Assembly (NCBI GenBank): GCA_030704615.1
Contig: CM060733.1
Coordinates: 2,294,001-2,358,000 of the forward strand
DNA: 64,000 bases
From: Takakia lepidozioides
Lineage: Eukaryota > Plantae > Bryophyta
Direction of reading: 5' to 3'
The position numbers and the translations under genes are program-made. The notes under the pieces are model-generated. The model made no database searches and was not told the DNA's origin. It saw only the letters and a list, made by a program, of their open reading frames with translations. How positions within the stretch are numbered: the stretch's first letter is position 1; each line of letters begins with the position of its first letter. This document shows, one piece after another, positions 22,402 through 33,951 of the stretch.

Positions 22402-25400
22402 CCCCACAATACTTGTTTTCTGGTGAGAAATTTGGCCACACAGGGCCTGTCTGCCATGCTCAAACACCATCGTTTCATGCCTCTCTCTTATATCAATTTG
22501 AATCAACAACCCTGTAGGAGAAGATGCAAAGTGTGGCAGAGGAGATCCCTTCGGGGCAGGGGAAGGAGATCATTGTTGATGTTGACGATGAGTTCTATGA
22601 AAGCAAAGCCACTGAGATGCTGGGGGGTCAGAAGGTAAACTCTCAGCTTGTGGTGCAAAGTATGCTTGCCCCGGGTGGGAGGTTGAAGATTCCCCTGTGT
22701 AGGTTGGTTTCCATGCCCGTCGTTCGTCCACCCCTCATCAAAGACATTCTCAAGCTGGAGGCCGGAGTTTGTTCATGGGTATTTGGATGGATCCGCAGTC
22801 TTTTACGTTTCTACAAAGGATTCCAGAGGCAATGAGCTCCTTGTGGATGAGTCAATCGTGGACTCCTGGGATCCCATTTGGAGACAGGTGAACGAATCCT
22901 TCGAACTTCTTCTCTCCAGGAAACCTTCCACCCGGGCATTCTCAGGGAAGATGTTTCACGTTTGGGATGGCAACCACCGGTTGCTTGCATGGATGGCTGT
23001 CATTGGGAGGCTGCACTCACAGGAGGAAGAGTGGCATTACTCTGTTCGATCGATGGTGCTGGATTGTGACGGGAACATGATGGGTCTTCTGACGGCAATG
23101 AATGATGTGAACAGGTTGGTTTCTCATTCTACATGTTCCACTTGTGGTTCCGTGGTTCTTTGATTCAAGTCCTTGAATTTCATTCTGACTTTCAGATATC
23201 ATTCTGCAGAGGGACGGAGACATCGCATGTCAAAACGAGTCTGGTTCACACACTGTATAGGATACAAAGGATCGGGCAGATGCCCTTGACCAACTTCAAG
23301 ACCATCCTTTCAGCATAGACGTACAAGAAGTACGAAAGCTCCAAGACATTAGAAACGTGGTACTTGTTGACCCGTGAGGCTTTCATGGAGTACATGTACA
23401 CGGTGAGATACATCTTCCTTCATCTGGCCTTTCCATATTCCTGCTTCCACATGTTTGTTTCTGTTTGTTTCCCTTGACCTTGGGTTGATGCAACTCTCGT
23501 GCATTCCCTTGCAGCAAGACATTGCAGATGCAGGGGAGCGTGACAAACTGGAATACTACAGCTCAACCCCTGAGGAGAGAAGGACAGCAAAGGGGGTTGA
23601 GAGTCACATCCAGAAAGAGATGACCGCTACAAGAAGGACTATAATGAGTGCTTTGAGAATTGCCGACCCATCATTCGGATCGCAGTTTCTCCTGGAGATA
23701 AAAAACCATTATAACAAGCCAGACAAGCCAGAGATGGCCCAGGAGAAGTTGCATAGGTGTCTACTGCCGTTGTGTCTTCAGAACAGAAGGTGAAGTGGCT
23801 ACAGATATGGAACTTTGATCCATACCCACATGTTCCCCAGGCCGGAGAAAGAGAAGAAGACCCAGCGTGTCATTCCTGTCAGTGACAATGTGCTGGACAC
23901 ATGGCTTCACAAGGCCACTTACTGGAGCCAGGTGTGATGTCCTTTCCTGTGTCACTTTCTTTTCTCTTTTCCTGTCCTTCTCTTTCCATTGCCTCTTACA
24001 TTCGCCGTGATTGTTTTTGGGTTCATTCTTGCATTTGAATTGTTTTGCAGTTGGAAGAAAGGGCCCGGTCGGTTCTGCATACTCAGCTGGTTGATTATGG
24101 CATCACTATGACAGCACCGAAGGTCTCCTTCGAAGCATACATGAGGAAATGGAGAACCACAGTGTGGCACTCTTGTTTCTTTAGAGAGTTCAGCAAGGAG
24201 GGTGGCATCAGTCGAACAAATGACCTTGACCAGCAAGAAAAAGGAGAGGAAGCCTGGAAACGATGCCTTTACAGGTGCACACCCTGGGCCGTTCAGGCTA
24301 CTTAGTGTGTTGTGGTTGCAATGTACTGTGCCGCATACTATTTAAGGGGGTCTTCCTGGTGTGATGGAAAAGCTGAGAGACAATAACTGCATTGCATAAT
24401 GAGGTTGTCTCTGTTCTTGCAGGTACATAAAGTTTGTTCTCATGGAAGAGAATTGCTTAGACAAACATCCAGATTTCGTGGAGCTTTGGTTTGTCCCTAC
24501 TGGCAACCAGACCATGTTTACTACTGGGATCTTGCATGACTGGGGCCCAGACCATCTTTCTTCTTGTGGTTGGTATTTGGATTGCCCTCCTTCTGAGACC
24601 CCAGCTCCGGAGGTGTCTTTGAGGAGAGAGAATGAGCGTATTGCAGCCACTGCCGCAGCAGCCGACCTCGTGAGGACTCTTGCAAAGAAGGAGCCTCCCG
24701 CTCAGGATACCCCAGGTAGAGGAAGAAATGCAAAGGGAAATGATGTTGTTGGTGTTGGGGGAAAGGAAGGGGTAGAGGGAAGGTGGCACAAGGGCAGGGA
24801 AGTGTTGCAGATATTGGCCCAGTGGTGCATGTCCAGCAGACTCCACCGCATGGTAGGGGATCCGTGAGAAAGAACAAGGGGGTGGTTGATCCCAAGGACC
24901 CGTACCATGCAGTGGAACATCCCACGAGGGTCATTCGCCCTACTAGGTTGGAGATGGCCAACGTCGGGTTCCTTGCCATGATGGAGTCCAAGAAATCTGA
25001 TTTCAAGGGCGAGCCATCACCAGTGTGGGAGAGGATTGTGGAGTTCCTCGGCACGGTGCGTGTTCTCTTTTGCTTCTTCTCTGCTATGGGCATGGATCGT
25101 TTCAATCCTCTTGAGTATTCCATTGTAATTTTGTTTGCAGGCTAAAATGACCAAATCCTGGGTGAACGGGAAGGAGAAGCTATATGCAGCCAAACTCATC
25201 ATCTTGGACATCCCTGATGGGTTGGCAGTCCCGGATGTCCCTCCATCGGGTGCTTGTCCGGGTTGGAATGCTTTTGATGGGCGCTACTGGCGGTGGGTTT
25301 TCTCCTTTTGCAATTTTTTCCTGTCCGATGCAGGTGTTTTGGTGCTCATCCAGTCCATTGACGTTCGCTGTCGCCGTGCACTTGCCAGCTATTTGAAAGC

Positions 25401-26269
25401 CTCGGGCATGAGAGTCGTGAAGACATGGAATTATGTGAACAGCATGTACCTTACGAAGGGAGATCGTCCGGGAGAGATGGTAAATTTGTCTTCTTCTTTC
25501 TCTTCTTGGTGGTTATCGGATGGAGTTATAGGTCGCTTGAACTCATATGTAGGGGCCTGATTTTTTAAGCTTCTTAGTTCCTTGTGGATGTCCTGTTCAC
25601 AGACTCGTTTGTTTGAAACTGTTTGTCTCGTCCGAGTGCATCCACCAACGACTCCGGCCGGCATTGCGGAGTTCGCCATCACTCATGGGGGCAAGTTCAT
25701 AGACGACATGACAGATCCTCCCACGGATGACATGCACCACAACTACGTCGACAACAACGTGTGCTTGCGAAGGAGGAATGAGGTTCCTTGGAGAGGGGCG
25801 AGGGAGAGGAGCCCGACTTTCATTCAAATGATTGTGGAGTGCTGCACCTACACAGACGCCAGAGTTCTGGATTTGTCAATGGGCACAGGTTCGTCTTTTC
25901 AACATTCACATTTCATGAGGTTTGATTGAGCTTGCACTTTCAGCACTTCCCACCGTTCCAAATGTGTCTTCAATGTCTGCTTCCTTCATTCTATTCCACT
26001 ACATGTGCTTCGTACCACGCTTGCAAGGCCAGTGCGCGACATCTCTTTGGGATTGAAGGGGACACTACAACAGATGAGCGTTTTTATGACTTCACATATG
26101 ACTATTTTTTCAGTCTTATATGCGTTCATGACTACATCACTCTGTAGTGAAAAAAACCCTGTCATAGCGACTAGTCTTTAGAACTGCGTTTTGCAAGTCA
26201 TATCCGTGACTGCTTGCGTGGCACCTGGAGTCCTGCTGCAGAGAGGGTTGCAGTCACAACTATATGACT

Positions 26270-26700
26270 AATATATGACTACATTGTCTGTTGAGCGCTG
26301 CCTACATGGAGAGGCTTCAGCGGGACACGTGCGCCACTACGCAAGCGACACGTCATGCATTCGTCAGGGGATCATATGACTATATGTCTGCAAAGTGATG
26401 CCTACATGGAGAGGCGACGGATGGACACGTGCGCCGCTGCGAATTTGACATGTCACGACTTCTTGCCATGATCATATGACTACATGTCTGCACAGTGATG
26501 CCTACATGGAGAGGCGCTAGCGGGACACGTGTGCTATGGCAGATTTCACATGTGGTGACTACATGACTCGCTCATATGACTACAGGGATGTCTACATGGA
26601 GAGTTGTTAGCGGGACACTTGTTGCACTTGAGATGTGACATGTGACACACAGACAAAATATATGACTAGCATATATGACTACGGATCTTTACACGTGGTG
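26270..26700. repeat. CACTA subterminal ~100-bp repeats
   Basis: CTACATGGAGA at ~26302, 26402, 26502, 26592 with ATATGACTA and GGACACGTG motifs. Confidence 0.8.
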
Positions 26701-27224
26701 AAAATATGGATAAAGAATGTCGTGTCATATACTGCCACGTGTTCTGGTTTGAGCAAGAGTGATGTCACGTGTCATCAAGATTGTTTTCCGAAATAGTTTA
26801 TATTTTTAATGTTCATATTTTATTTTTAGTTTTCATTTAATATTTAAAAGAACAGGGAGATTGCAGCTTTGGAATTTTTTTTTAATGGTATTATTTAAAA
26901 TGAAAGTGAATTAAATGATTTAAAATCTTCATTACATGGTGAAATTCCAACATGAAAACAGAATGGATCCCTCCTGCATACTATCAACCACAAGGAGAAT
27001 GAAAATAGTCAACTACATGGCAATACAAGCCCTATAAATCACATTACAAAAATCCAAATGAGACCAATGTCCCAATGGACACCTCAAAAGCCACAAGGTC
27101 AAAAAATCCATGCCTCAAAAGGCCCAACCAAAAACAAGCAAGCCCACACATGGGCTGAATTGTTGTAGCTAGTATGTTCTAGTGCTATTAGAATCAAGAA
27201 CTCTGTTAAACAGTGCAATACTGA

Positions 27225-29290
27225 CTATCCCTTCCGCAGCTCCATAAGTTTCAGTAACTTTAGACTCCAAAGTGTTGTCTGGCCAACCACCTGCCCCAAC
27301 TCGGTCTGTTTCCTAACACCATTCACATATGGTAGAGGGGTGTTACTGACACATGCCTCTTTGATGTACACACAGGCATAATCAAGGGGCACAGCAGGGT
27401 ACCCGTAACCCACCACAGCACCTTGAAGAGCAACAATCAGCCCTACTCCACATTTCTTGCGTTTGGAGTTCACATCCAACAGCCGAACCTCGTCACCCAC
27501 CCTGAACTGTGATCCCAACTCCACACAAAAAAGAACACGATGTGAAAACCCATGACATACACACGACTAGGACACTCAACATTTGCGAATTAAAGAGAGC
27601 CCCAAGGTTGGAAAAAATAAAACAAACAAGACAACGGCCTGGACTTACTCCATTTGCAGTCTCCAGTGGTGGTGAGACATCTTTTGGGGGGCTACTCGCC
27701 GGGTCGACACTCTTGCCCCTCGTCTGTACCGGCTTGTCGACAATATCACCTTTGTTTGTCACAAGTTCCTGTGTCACAGACCAGAGAACAACCAGGAAAG
27801 CAATGAGCAAACATGAATAGTGAATAGAAACAAAATCCAAGTATGAATCAAACAAAAAAAGCCAACATGAAAAGCTGCAAAGAAAACCTAGCATTAATCA
27901 AGCAACCGAGGAGAAACATCCAGGAAAGCAATGCAATGAATGAACCCACAAAATTGTAGCCTCTGGAGCACTATCAGAATGTTTGTACCTTCACAGTAGC
28001 AGTGTTGTATGGTTGTTGTCCGAAAACAGGGTGAGACTCTAAAAACTTGGGAATATTGGCAGCTTTCGATGTCTTCCACAAGAAAGGCCACAACACCTCT
28101 GTTAGATACTCATCAGTTGGTGAATCTGGTTGCACCTTCCATGGCTTTGGAAAAATCCCACTGAAGGGAAGATTGTTTTCCGAATTATGCCTGCACGAAG
28201 CAAGGCCAACTGCATTCAGCACCCTCCACTTTATTATAGTATTGCAGCAACATTCAAAGCACTTCAATTTGTATCCATCGAAAACATCTAGGCTGGAAAA
28301 AGACATTGTTGCAGCAGAACTTAGGAAAGTACTTCTCCCCTTCCACTACACACGTGAAATGAAAGAAGCCAACCAACAGCATACCAGCCAAGAAAATATG
28401 AAACCAGCCAAGAAAAGAGCCAATATATGCAATGAAGGTCGACACTAAATGAAACTTATCCAATACTTACATTAGAGGAGGGAAGCTAAGTCTTACCTCC
28501 ATAAGGTTGCCTACATCAAATTTGGGAGCTTTCAGAATTTTTCCTTTCCGGTTGAATGAACTTGGCTACAAGATCCTTCAAATCACAAGTTTGAGCTTCA
28601 CACACAATGAACTTACAGGGATTGAGCTTCCAATGCGAACCAGAAGTCTTATATTGATAGCATTGTTGTAAAACACATGGACCAACAATGACAGTCTCTG
28701 GAATGACATATAGTACAGTAATGACATATAGTACAGCATGCCGCTTCCAGTTGACCATCTACCCATGTAGGTTTCTTGTAACTATCCTTCCACAGGGAAT
28801 CATAGGTAATGTGGAGCTTGAAATCCAGCCCTCTTGGATGAATCTGGACCCACACTCTATCCCTGCTCCTTCAGTTATCCATGCCTCTGACAGCCTACAA
28901 TTCTACCAGCAAACACCCCAACCATACTGGTGTGGAGTTCTTCCCCAAAACACCCAACCCTACTTATCACAATCTGAAATGCATCTGCTTCTCTCTGTAG
29001 TCCAACAGGCATTCGTCTTTTTGTCTCCATTGTCCCACCATTGGGGTCGGAAAGTGTTCACCCCAAAGCTTCTCCTCACCTCTATTATATGTTTTTGGAT
29101 ACTTCCCTGCTGCCACACTGGCAGTAACTTGCCAAAGTCACTCCAAACCACCACAGATCTACCCAACGACCTAATTTACAGAATTCAATATGCATCTTGC
29201 GGCCGAGTCTGATGAGAGGGCAACACAGGCTGAAATAGGTTGAAGAAGAAGTGCCCTACCACATTGTCCTTGACCTGTCCTGACCCATGG
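27225..29290 (-). pseudogene. CACTA ORF2/TnpA-like gene remnants
   Basis: Last exon FRVGDEVRLLD..GVG..VPLDYACVYI..NTPLPY..LGQVVGQTTLW resembles the Tnp1/TnpA C-terminal domain. Upstream exons are degenerate. Confidence 0.6.
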
Positions 29291-30569
29291 AGGATTTGAC
29301 CGATGACCTCTTATGTGTGCTACTTGTGTCTGTAGTCAGGTAATGTCGGATTGGTCTGTCAGATCAAACCACTACGGCGTACATGAGTAGTCAGAGATTG
29401 AAACACGCTTGCTAAGACCAAGCTGACTCTCCCAAGAATGGCGAGCTCGCTTCTCCTCGTCTCGTCTCCTCCTCCTCTTCTCCTTCGTGCATCATTTGCT
29501 CAACGCCTCCATCTCACGCCCCTGCATATCTTGCTATCATCGCGTTCCATCCCTCAGCTATGTGGTGTGGCGCAGGAGACAAAAAAACGCCAAGTCCCAG
29601 CCCTCCTTTCTGTTCACGATTACACTAATGGGCAACCTTATTAGCAATTTTTTTAACTTTTTTAAACCTAATGGGCAACCTTATTTGCATTATATGTGCC
29701 TTCAAAATGACACGTGTAGTGATGTAGTCGTATAAATAGAGCTCTGAAACCATCTTCAGTCATGGAGTCATAAGATTCCATGAAACGTCGTCCACGTGTA
29801 GTCAAACATATCACACTAGTCATATAAACCATCCCTGTCATCATGGTCAACAATGTTTGACCAATGCTCCCTAACTTTCCGGAGTCATGTAGTGATATCC
29901 ATTACTACAAAGTCATAAAACTAAAACTGTAATGCATTTCAGCGCTCTGTAGTCATGTACCTAGTGCAGTTTTTATAACTCCGCCAAAGCCGTAGTTCTA
30001 AAAACGCTCATCTCTTGTAGTGGGATGCTGAGATTTACAAGAACCTCCTGATGGGTTTGGGTGGACACACTTCTCAAGTCCTTCCAAAGCCCCGTCCCGC
30101 TGATATTGATACAGAGGAGACTTCCGACAAGGAGCTGGACTCCGACTTTGCCTGTGAGTAAGTTCAACCTGTGGATGCTTGCATTGTTGTTTCAATATCG
30201 AGAATCACTGTTCTTGAGGCAAAGTTCACATGGGAGACATCCTCTTCGTTGGACTTGTGCATTGCATCATTGTGTTCAAAATGGGTTTTTGTTGATATGT
30301 GCAGGAGTCCGCGTGTTTCTACTTACCCTCCAGGGCTATCACACCTATTTGGACTTCTTTCCAGTCCTCCTCGGTCTTGCGTGCTACCTGTCTATGCGGA
30401 GGCACTCGCAGCAAGCATGTCCGTTCATGGCACTCGGAGTCCACCCATCGACGGCCGTGGTAGAAGACGTGGTGTTGGGGCCAGAATCTTTGTGGATGAC
30501 ATAGCACAGGAGGTCGAGACTGATTCTGATGACTGTGACACTTGATATGAAGTTTTCTTTTGGTTTTAT

Positions 30570-31135
30570 TTGGGGCCAAATTTGAAATGGGATGGTTGTG
30601 TGTCTTTGTCGTCCTGTTTGCAATGTGTGCGTGGAATGCACATTCATGGGAACAAACTATTGTTGGAGATGGGGGTTGCATGGATTGCCCGGATTGTTCC
30701 TTCAATCTATTTAGTGTTTTGTGGACCTCACAGACTTGAGTGCATTGCAAAAACAAACAAACGACTTTGGTTCGTGTAGAGCATTCTCGCATCATTTGCT
30801 CGTTGGTCTCCAAACCATTCCTGCTAGAAGAATGGTTGGTGAATCCATCACGGTGAAGTCCACCTCATCAAAGAGCGTTCAGGCATTCTCAAATCTAATG
30901 AACATCCATGATGCTCCCGCACCTACCTGGCATGTTCGCAAGGGTGGTGAGTATAAAAAAAATTTCGCAGGGATCCGCTTTAGATGATGTCAGTGTGCAC
31001 CTCCTCACGACGTACCCACATAAACTTGTAAGGGCTTGGTATGTTGATAACGTCTGGATGGATGCAATGGATACAATGGATGTAACATATCCACTCTGCA
31101 TTCCCGGGAAATGGCTGATCAACCCGCGGAAATAG
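30570..31135 (+). pseudogene. Possible third cargo ORF of the Mutator-like element, unknown function
   Basis: Overlapping ORFs 30721-30987 and 30908-31135 read as a frameshifted protein-like sequence ending just inside the right TIR. Confidence 0.3.
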
Positions 31136-31249
31136 GTGACACCCGCGGAAATAGGCCCTGTATGCATGCTGATGTGGCGTGAGCCTGTGCTGGGCTCACG
31201 GTTTCCTGGGCTCACAGGCTCACGGAATAGCACCCCCCCCCCCTCCCTC

Positions 31250-31745
31250 ATGGAATTTGAGTGAGGATACAATTAAATAAGGGCTGAATGTCAGTGGGCA
31301 AATGGGGACATTCAGCCACTTGTGGGGATTGCAATTGTCTTCCTCTTGTTATGAACTATGAGGGCATTGGGTAGAGGGTGCAAGGATGAACCCACAACGC
31401 CCTCCGTCATCAAATTTGAGAAAGTTTCAAATTAAATAAGGTCTGGAACATGAGGTGATGGATAAATGGGCATGCAGGTCAGCCTGGGCCATGTTTCAGC
31501 TTTGATTAAATTGTTTTGTGGTCTAATTGAAGTTGGTAGTAAGTAGGGGCTTCAACTGCAATTCCACAGGCCCCTCCCTCACTCCATTTGAGTGAGGATA
31601 GAATTCAACAGGGGCTGAAGCACCCCCTCGCATGCTCTATATGGGCGGCTGTTTCAGTTCTGAGTTCTTTATTTTTTTGTTGTGATTTACATTAAACCAT
31701 TCAGGGTGTGCAGCCATGAACCAATGCACCCTCACTCCCTCCTCA
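31250..31745. repeat. ~173-bp satellite, right part
   Basis: Same orientation and sequence as 14010-15127, resuming directly after the duplicated CCCTCCCTC. Confidence 0.85.
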
Positions 31746-31899
31746 ATGGCTATCTTTCATTTGTAGTTTGCCATGCTAAGCTTATGAGTTCTTTATTAAT
31801 TTCTGCTCCCGGACATGGATGGTGTATGTTACAGGAGGACCTGTTGCATTGTGGGGATTGAATTGGTTTAGCAATGACTTCATCCACCACATCCGGAAC

Positions 31900-32187
31900 C
31901 ACTACGAAGGTTGCTAGTTTGATCAGACAGACACCATGACATACATCTTCTTGGACATTTGGGTCGACAAGTATATACGTACCAAGCGAGGAAATCTAAG
32001 ACAAAGTCATTGGCAAGATTTTGTGCATGATTTCAACCAGCACACTAGAAAAAATGCTACCAAGGACGAGAGGCGATCCAAGCACGACAGCATGAAAAAA
32101 CGTTATAAGAAAGAACGAGAGGAAGCAGAGGACTTGAAACTCCAGATTCTTCGAATGAAGCTAGAGTTTATAAGCTCTAATCATTGA
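31900..32187 (+). pseudogene. Myb/SANT (trihelix)-like DNA-binding protein of PIF/Harbinger, internally deleted
   Basis: FLDIWVDKY..RGNLRQSHWQD..F....K....KHDSMKKRYKKE; convergent with the Harbinger transposase. Confidence 0.7.
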
Positions 32188-32879
32188 GATTCAGATTGTT
32201 GTATGATTGATAGGCATGTATGGTGGATATATATGAGTGTGTGTGTGTGGTGCCATGCACTCATTGCAAGAGAGACATTGTACTAATCAAACATGGAAAT
32301 GAAGCTAAATAGATATATATATTCATTGGCATCAAATCTTATTTTATAAGAAGGAAATTACACCATGGAGAAAGTTTGTTTCCTACTCCATATGTTAAGT
32401 AGTTTCATTCGGGCCCGGTTAATTCTAGAGTGGTCTAGGAATTAGCGTGGTCCAAGAGTTAAAAGAGGGGGCCAATGTAATAAGGCCACCTGTATTAATT
32501 AACGAAATGAAGGGTGCGAAAAAACGATGGCAGAAAGCTGATAGCTATTAAATAGGGGATGGTGATACCTATTAAATTGGGGACAGGTGTCAAGTGGTGG
32601 GAGTGGGCCTGGTTAGGGTCTGCCATGTGTCCCACCCTTCTAGAAAGGTCCCACCGCCCTCATAGGGTATAAATAGGAGAGCGGGGCTCTTCCTACTTAA
32701 GTAAGTAATTACTTACTAAATTAGTAGCTTATTACTAGCTAGGGGGCTCTGCAGACGTAGGGCCCCAAAAGAAAAGAAAACAAGAACCATAGATCTATTA
32801 ATTAATAGAAACCACAATACCCTCAATATTGCAAGAGAATACTTTGAATGACTTTTGCTCTTCTGGTAGAGAGTCTTTC

Positions 32880-33951
32880 ACTCTCCGGCATTCTAGGAAT
32901 AAGAATGTCATTCAAGTTCAGGTAGTCATTTTCATCTGGAGTAGCACCCTCAATAGGTTGCTCTCCATCCATCTTGCAGAAATTGTGTAAAGCAACACAT
33001 GTGAGGATGACTTGGGCCGCATATGAGATTGTGAAGTTCAGAGCCTTTAGAACCCTCCATCTATTTTTTAGTTGTCCGAATGCATTCTCGATCTTTGCTT
33101 TGCCTTGCGCAAATTCCTGTCATATGAATCTTTCTGCGGGTCTCCACACCCTCTAGCTGAATACGCCTTTGTCAAATTGACGAGCAGAGGATAGGCCGAG
33201 TCCCCAACAATGTATGACGGATTCGAACTCCAACAATTGTCTGCACATGGTGTTGAAGCACTTCCTTACTCATCATTTTTCGATAGAGTGATGATGCTCG
33301 AAAATGTGTTGCATCGTGAGTGCCTCCAGGCGCCATCACACAAGCATCCCAAAATTCAAAGTTGTGGTCACACACAGCTTGCAGGAGTACATTGTGGTGG
33401 TCGTGTCTGTTCCAATAATCTGCTGGTACATACATTAGCTCTGGCTTCTGAGCCAACCTAGTATGCAAGCCGTCTATAGCTCCACATAGATTAGGCAAAC
33501 CTGTCAAGTCCATAAACCCTTGGATGATAGAATTTAATCTCTCTCCTTCAGGTATGCTAAAGAATTGTGAATATAACATTTTTTTGTTGGAAAGACACTC
33601 TGTGACAATCTTGGTGTACTCATACACAATACTTCTACCAACACAAAATATATTGGCAACAAGTCTATTAGAGTACCCAAAGGCAAGTTTGTTTAGAACC
33701 ATAGCCACTGCTCCATCGACTTTAATTGTTTTTCTCAAACTGGTTGTCTGTCTCTCAATGAAAGGTCTTAGTAAATCATAGAGCTTGCAAAATGGTTGGT
33801 ACTTCATTCTATATGTCTCTAACCACATTGCATCTATGACCTCAGGGTTGAAATGCCAGACATCATTCTGGATCGTTCTCCAGTTGTGAATCGATCGAGG
33901 AAATTTCCACCACTCCCTGGACCGCCTCTGTCTTATATACTCACTGACCAT
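32880..33951 (-). pseudogene. PIF/Harbinger DDE transposase
   Basis: GAIDGLH, GGTHDATHF, then after a frameshift VGDSAYP and IENAFGQLKNRW..LHNFC. A candidate TIR GGGCCACACTGG.. ends at ~34294. Confidence 0.9.

Larger units (their letters stand above)
26063..30022 (-). mobile_element. CACTA/EnSpm element (non-autonomous), inserted in the methyltransferase exon
   Basis: Left TIR CACTACAACAGATGAGCGTTTTT; right end AAAAACGCTCATCTCTTGTAGTG; 3-bp TSD GGA on both sides; ATGACTAC-rich subterminal repeats. Confidence 0.95.
20093..30161 (+). pseudogene. Multi-exon cargo gene: acidic N-terminus, ParB-like domain, unknown middle region, beta-class N4C/N6A DNA amino-methyltransferase; disrupted
   Basis: Predicted exons ~20093-20401, 22518-23114, ~23196-23403, 23515-23756, 23841-23931, 24051-24273, 24423-25055, 25141-25480, 25603-25888, ~26005-26062+30026-30161, mostly with GT-AG ends. 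Motifs LKIPLCRL..VRP and VWDGNHRLLAW (22966-22980); LIILDIPDG (25207-25218); VLDLSMGTG/ASYHACKASARHLFGIEGDAEIY. Confidence 0.75.
15128..31239 (-). mobile_element. ~16.1-kb Mutator-like (MULE) DNA transposon with cargo genes (about 12 kb without the nested CACTA)
   Basis: Flanked by (C)CCCTCCCTC at 15118-15127 and 31240-31249 within an interrupted satellite. Imperfect TIRs GCTAT..CGTGAGCC, clustered CGTGAGC/GCTCACG subterminal motifs at both ends, and a MULE transposase inside. Right boundary is +/-2 bp because of a C-run. Confidence 0.8.

Noticed and set aside
20093-30161. Bacterial contamination or prophage as source of the ParB-MTase
   Set aside because: The gene has GT-AG introns, lies within a eukaryotic transposon and is interrupted by a plant CACTA element.
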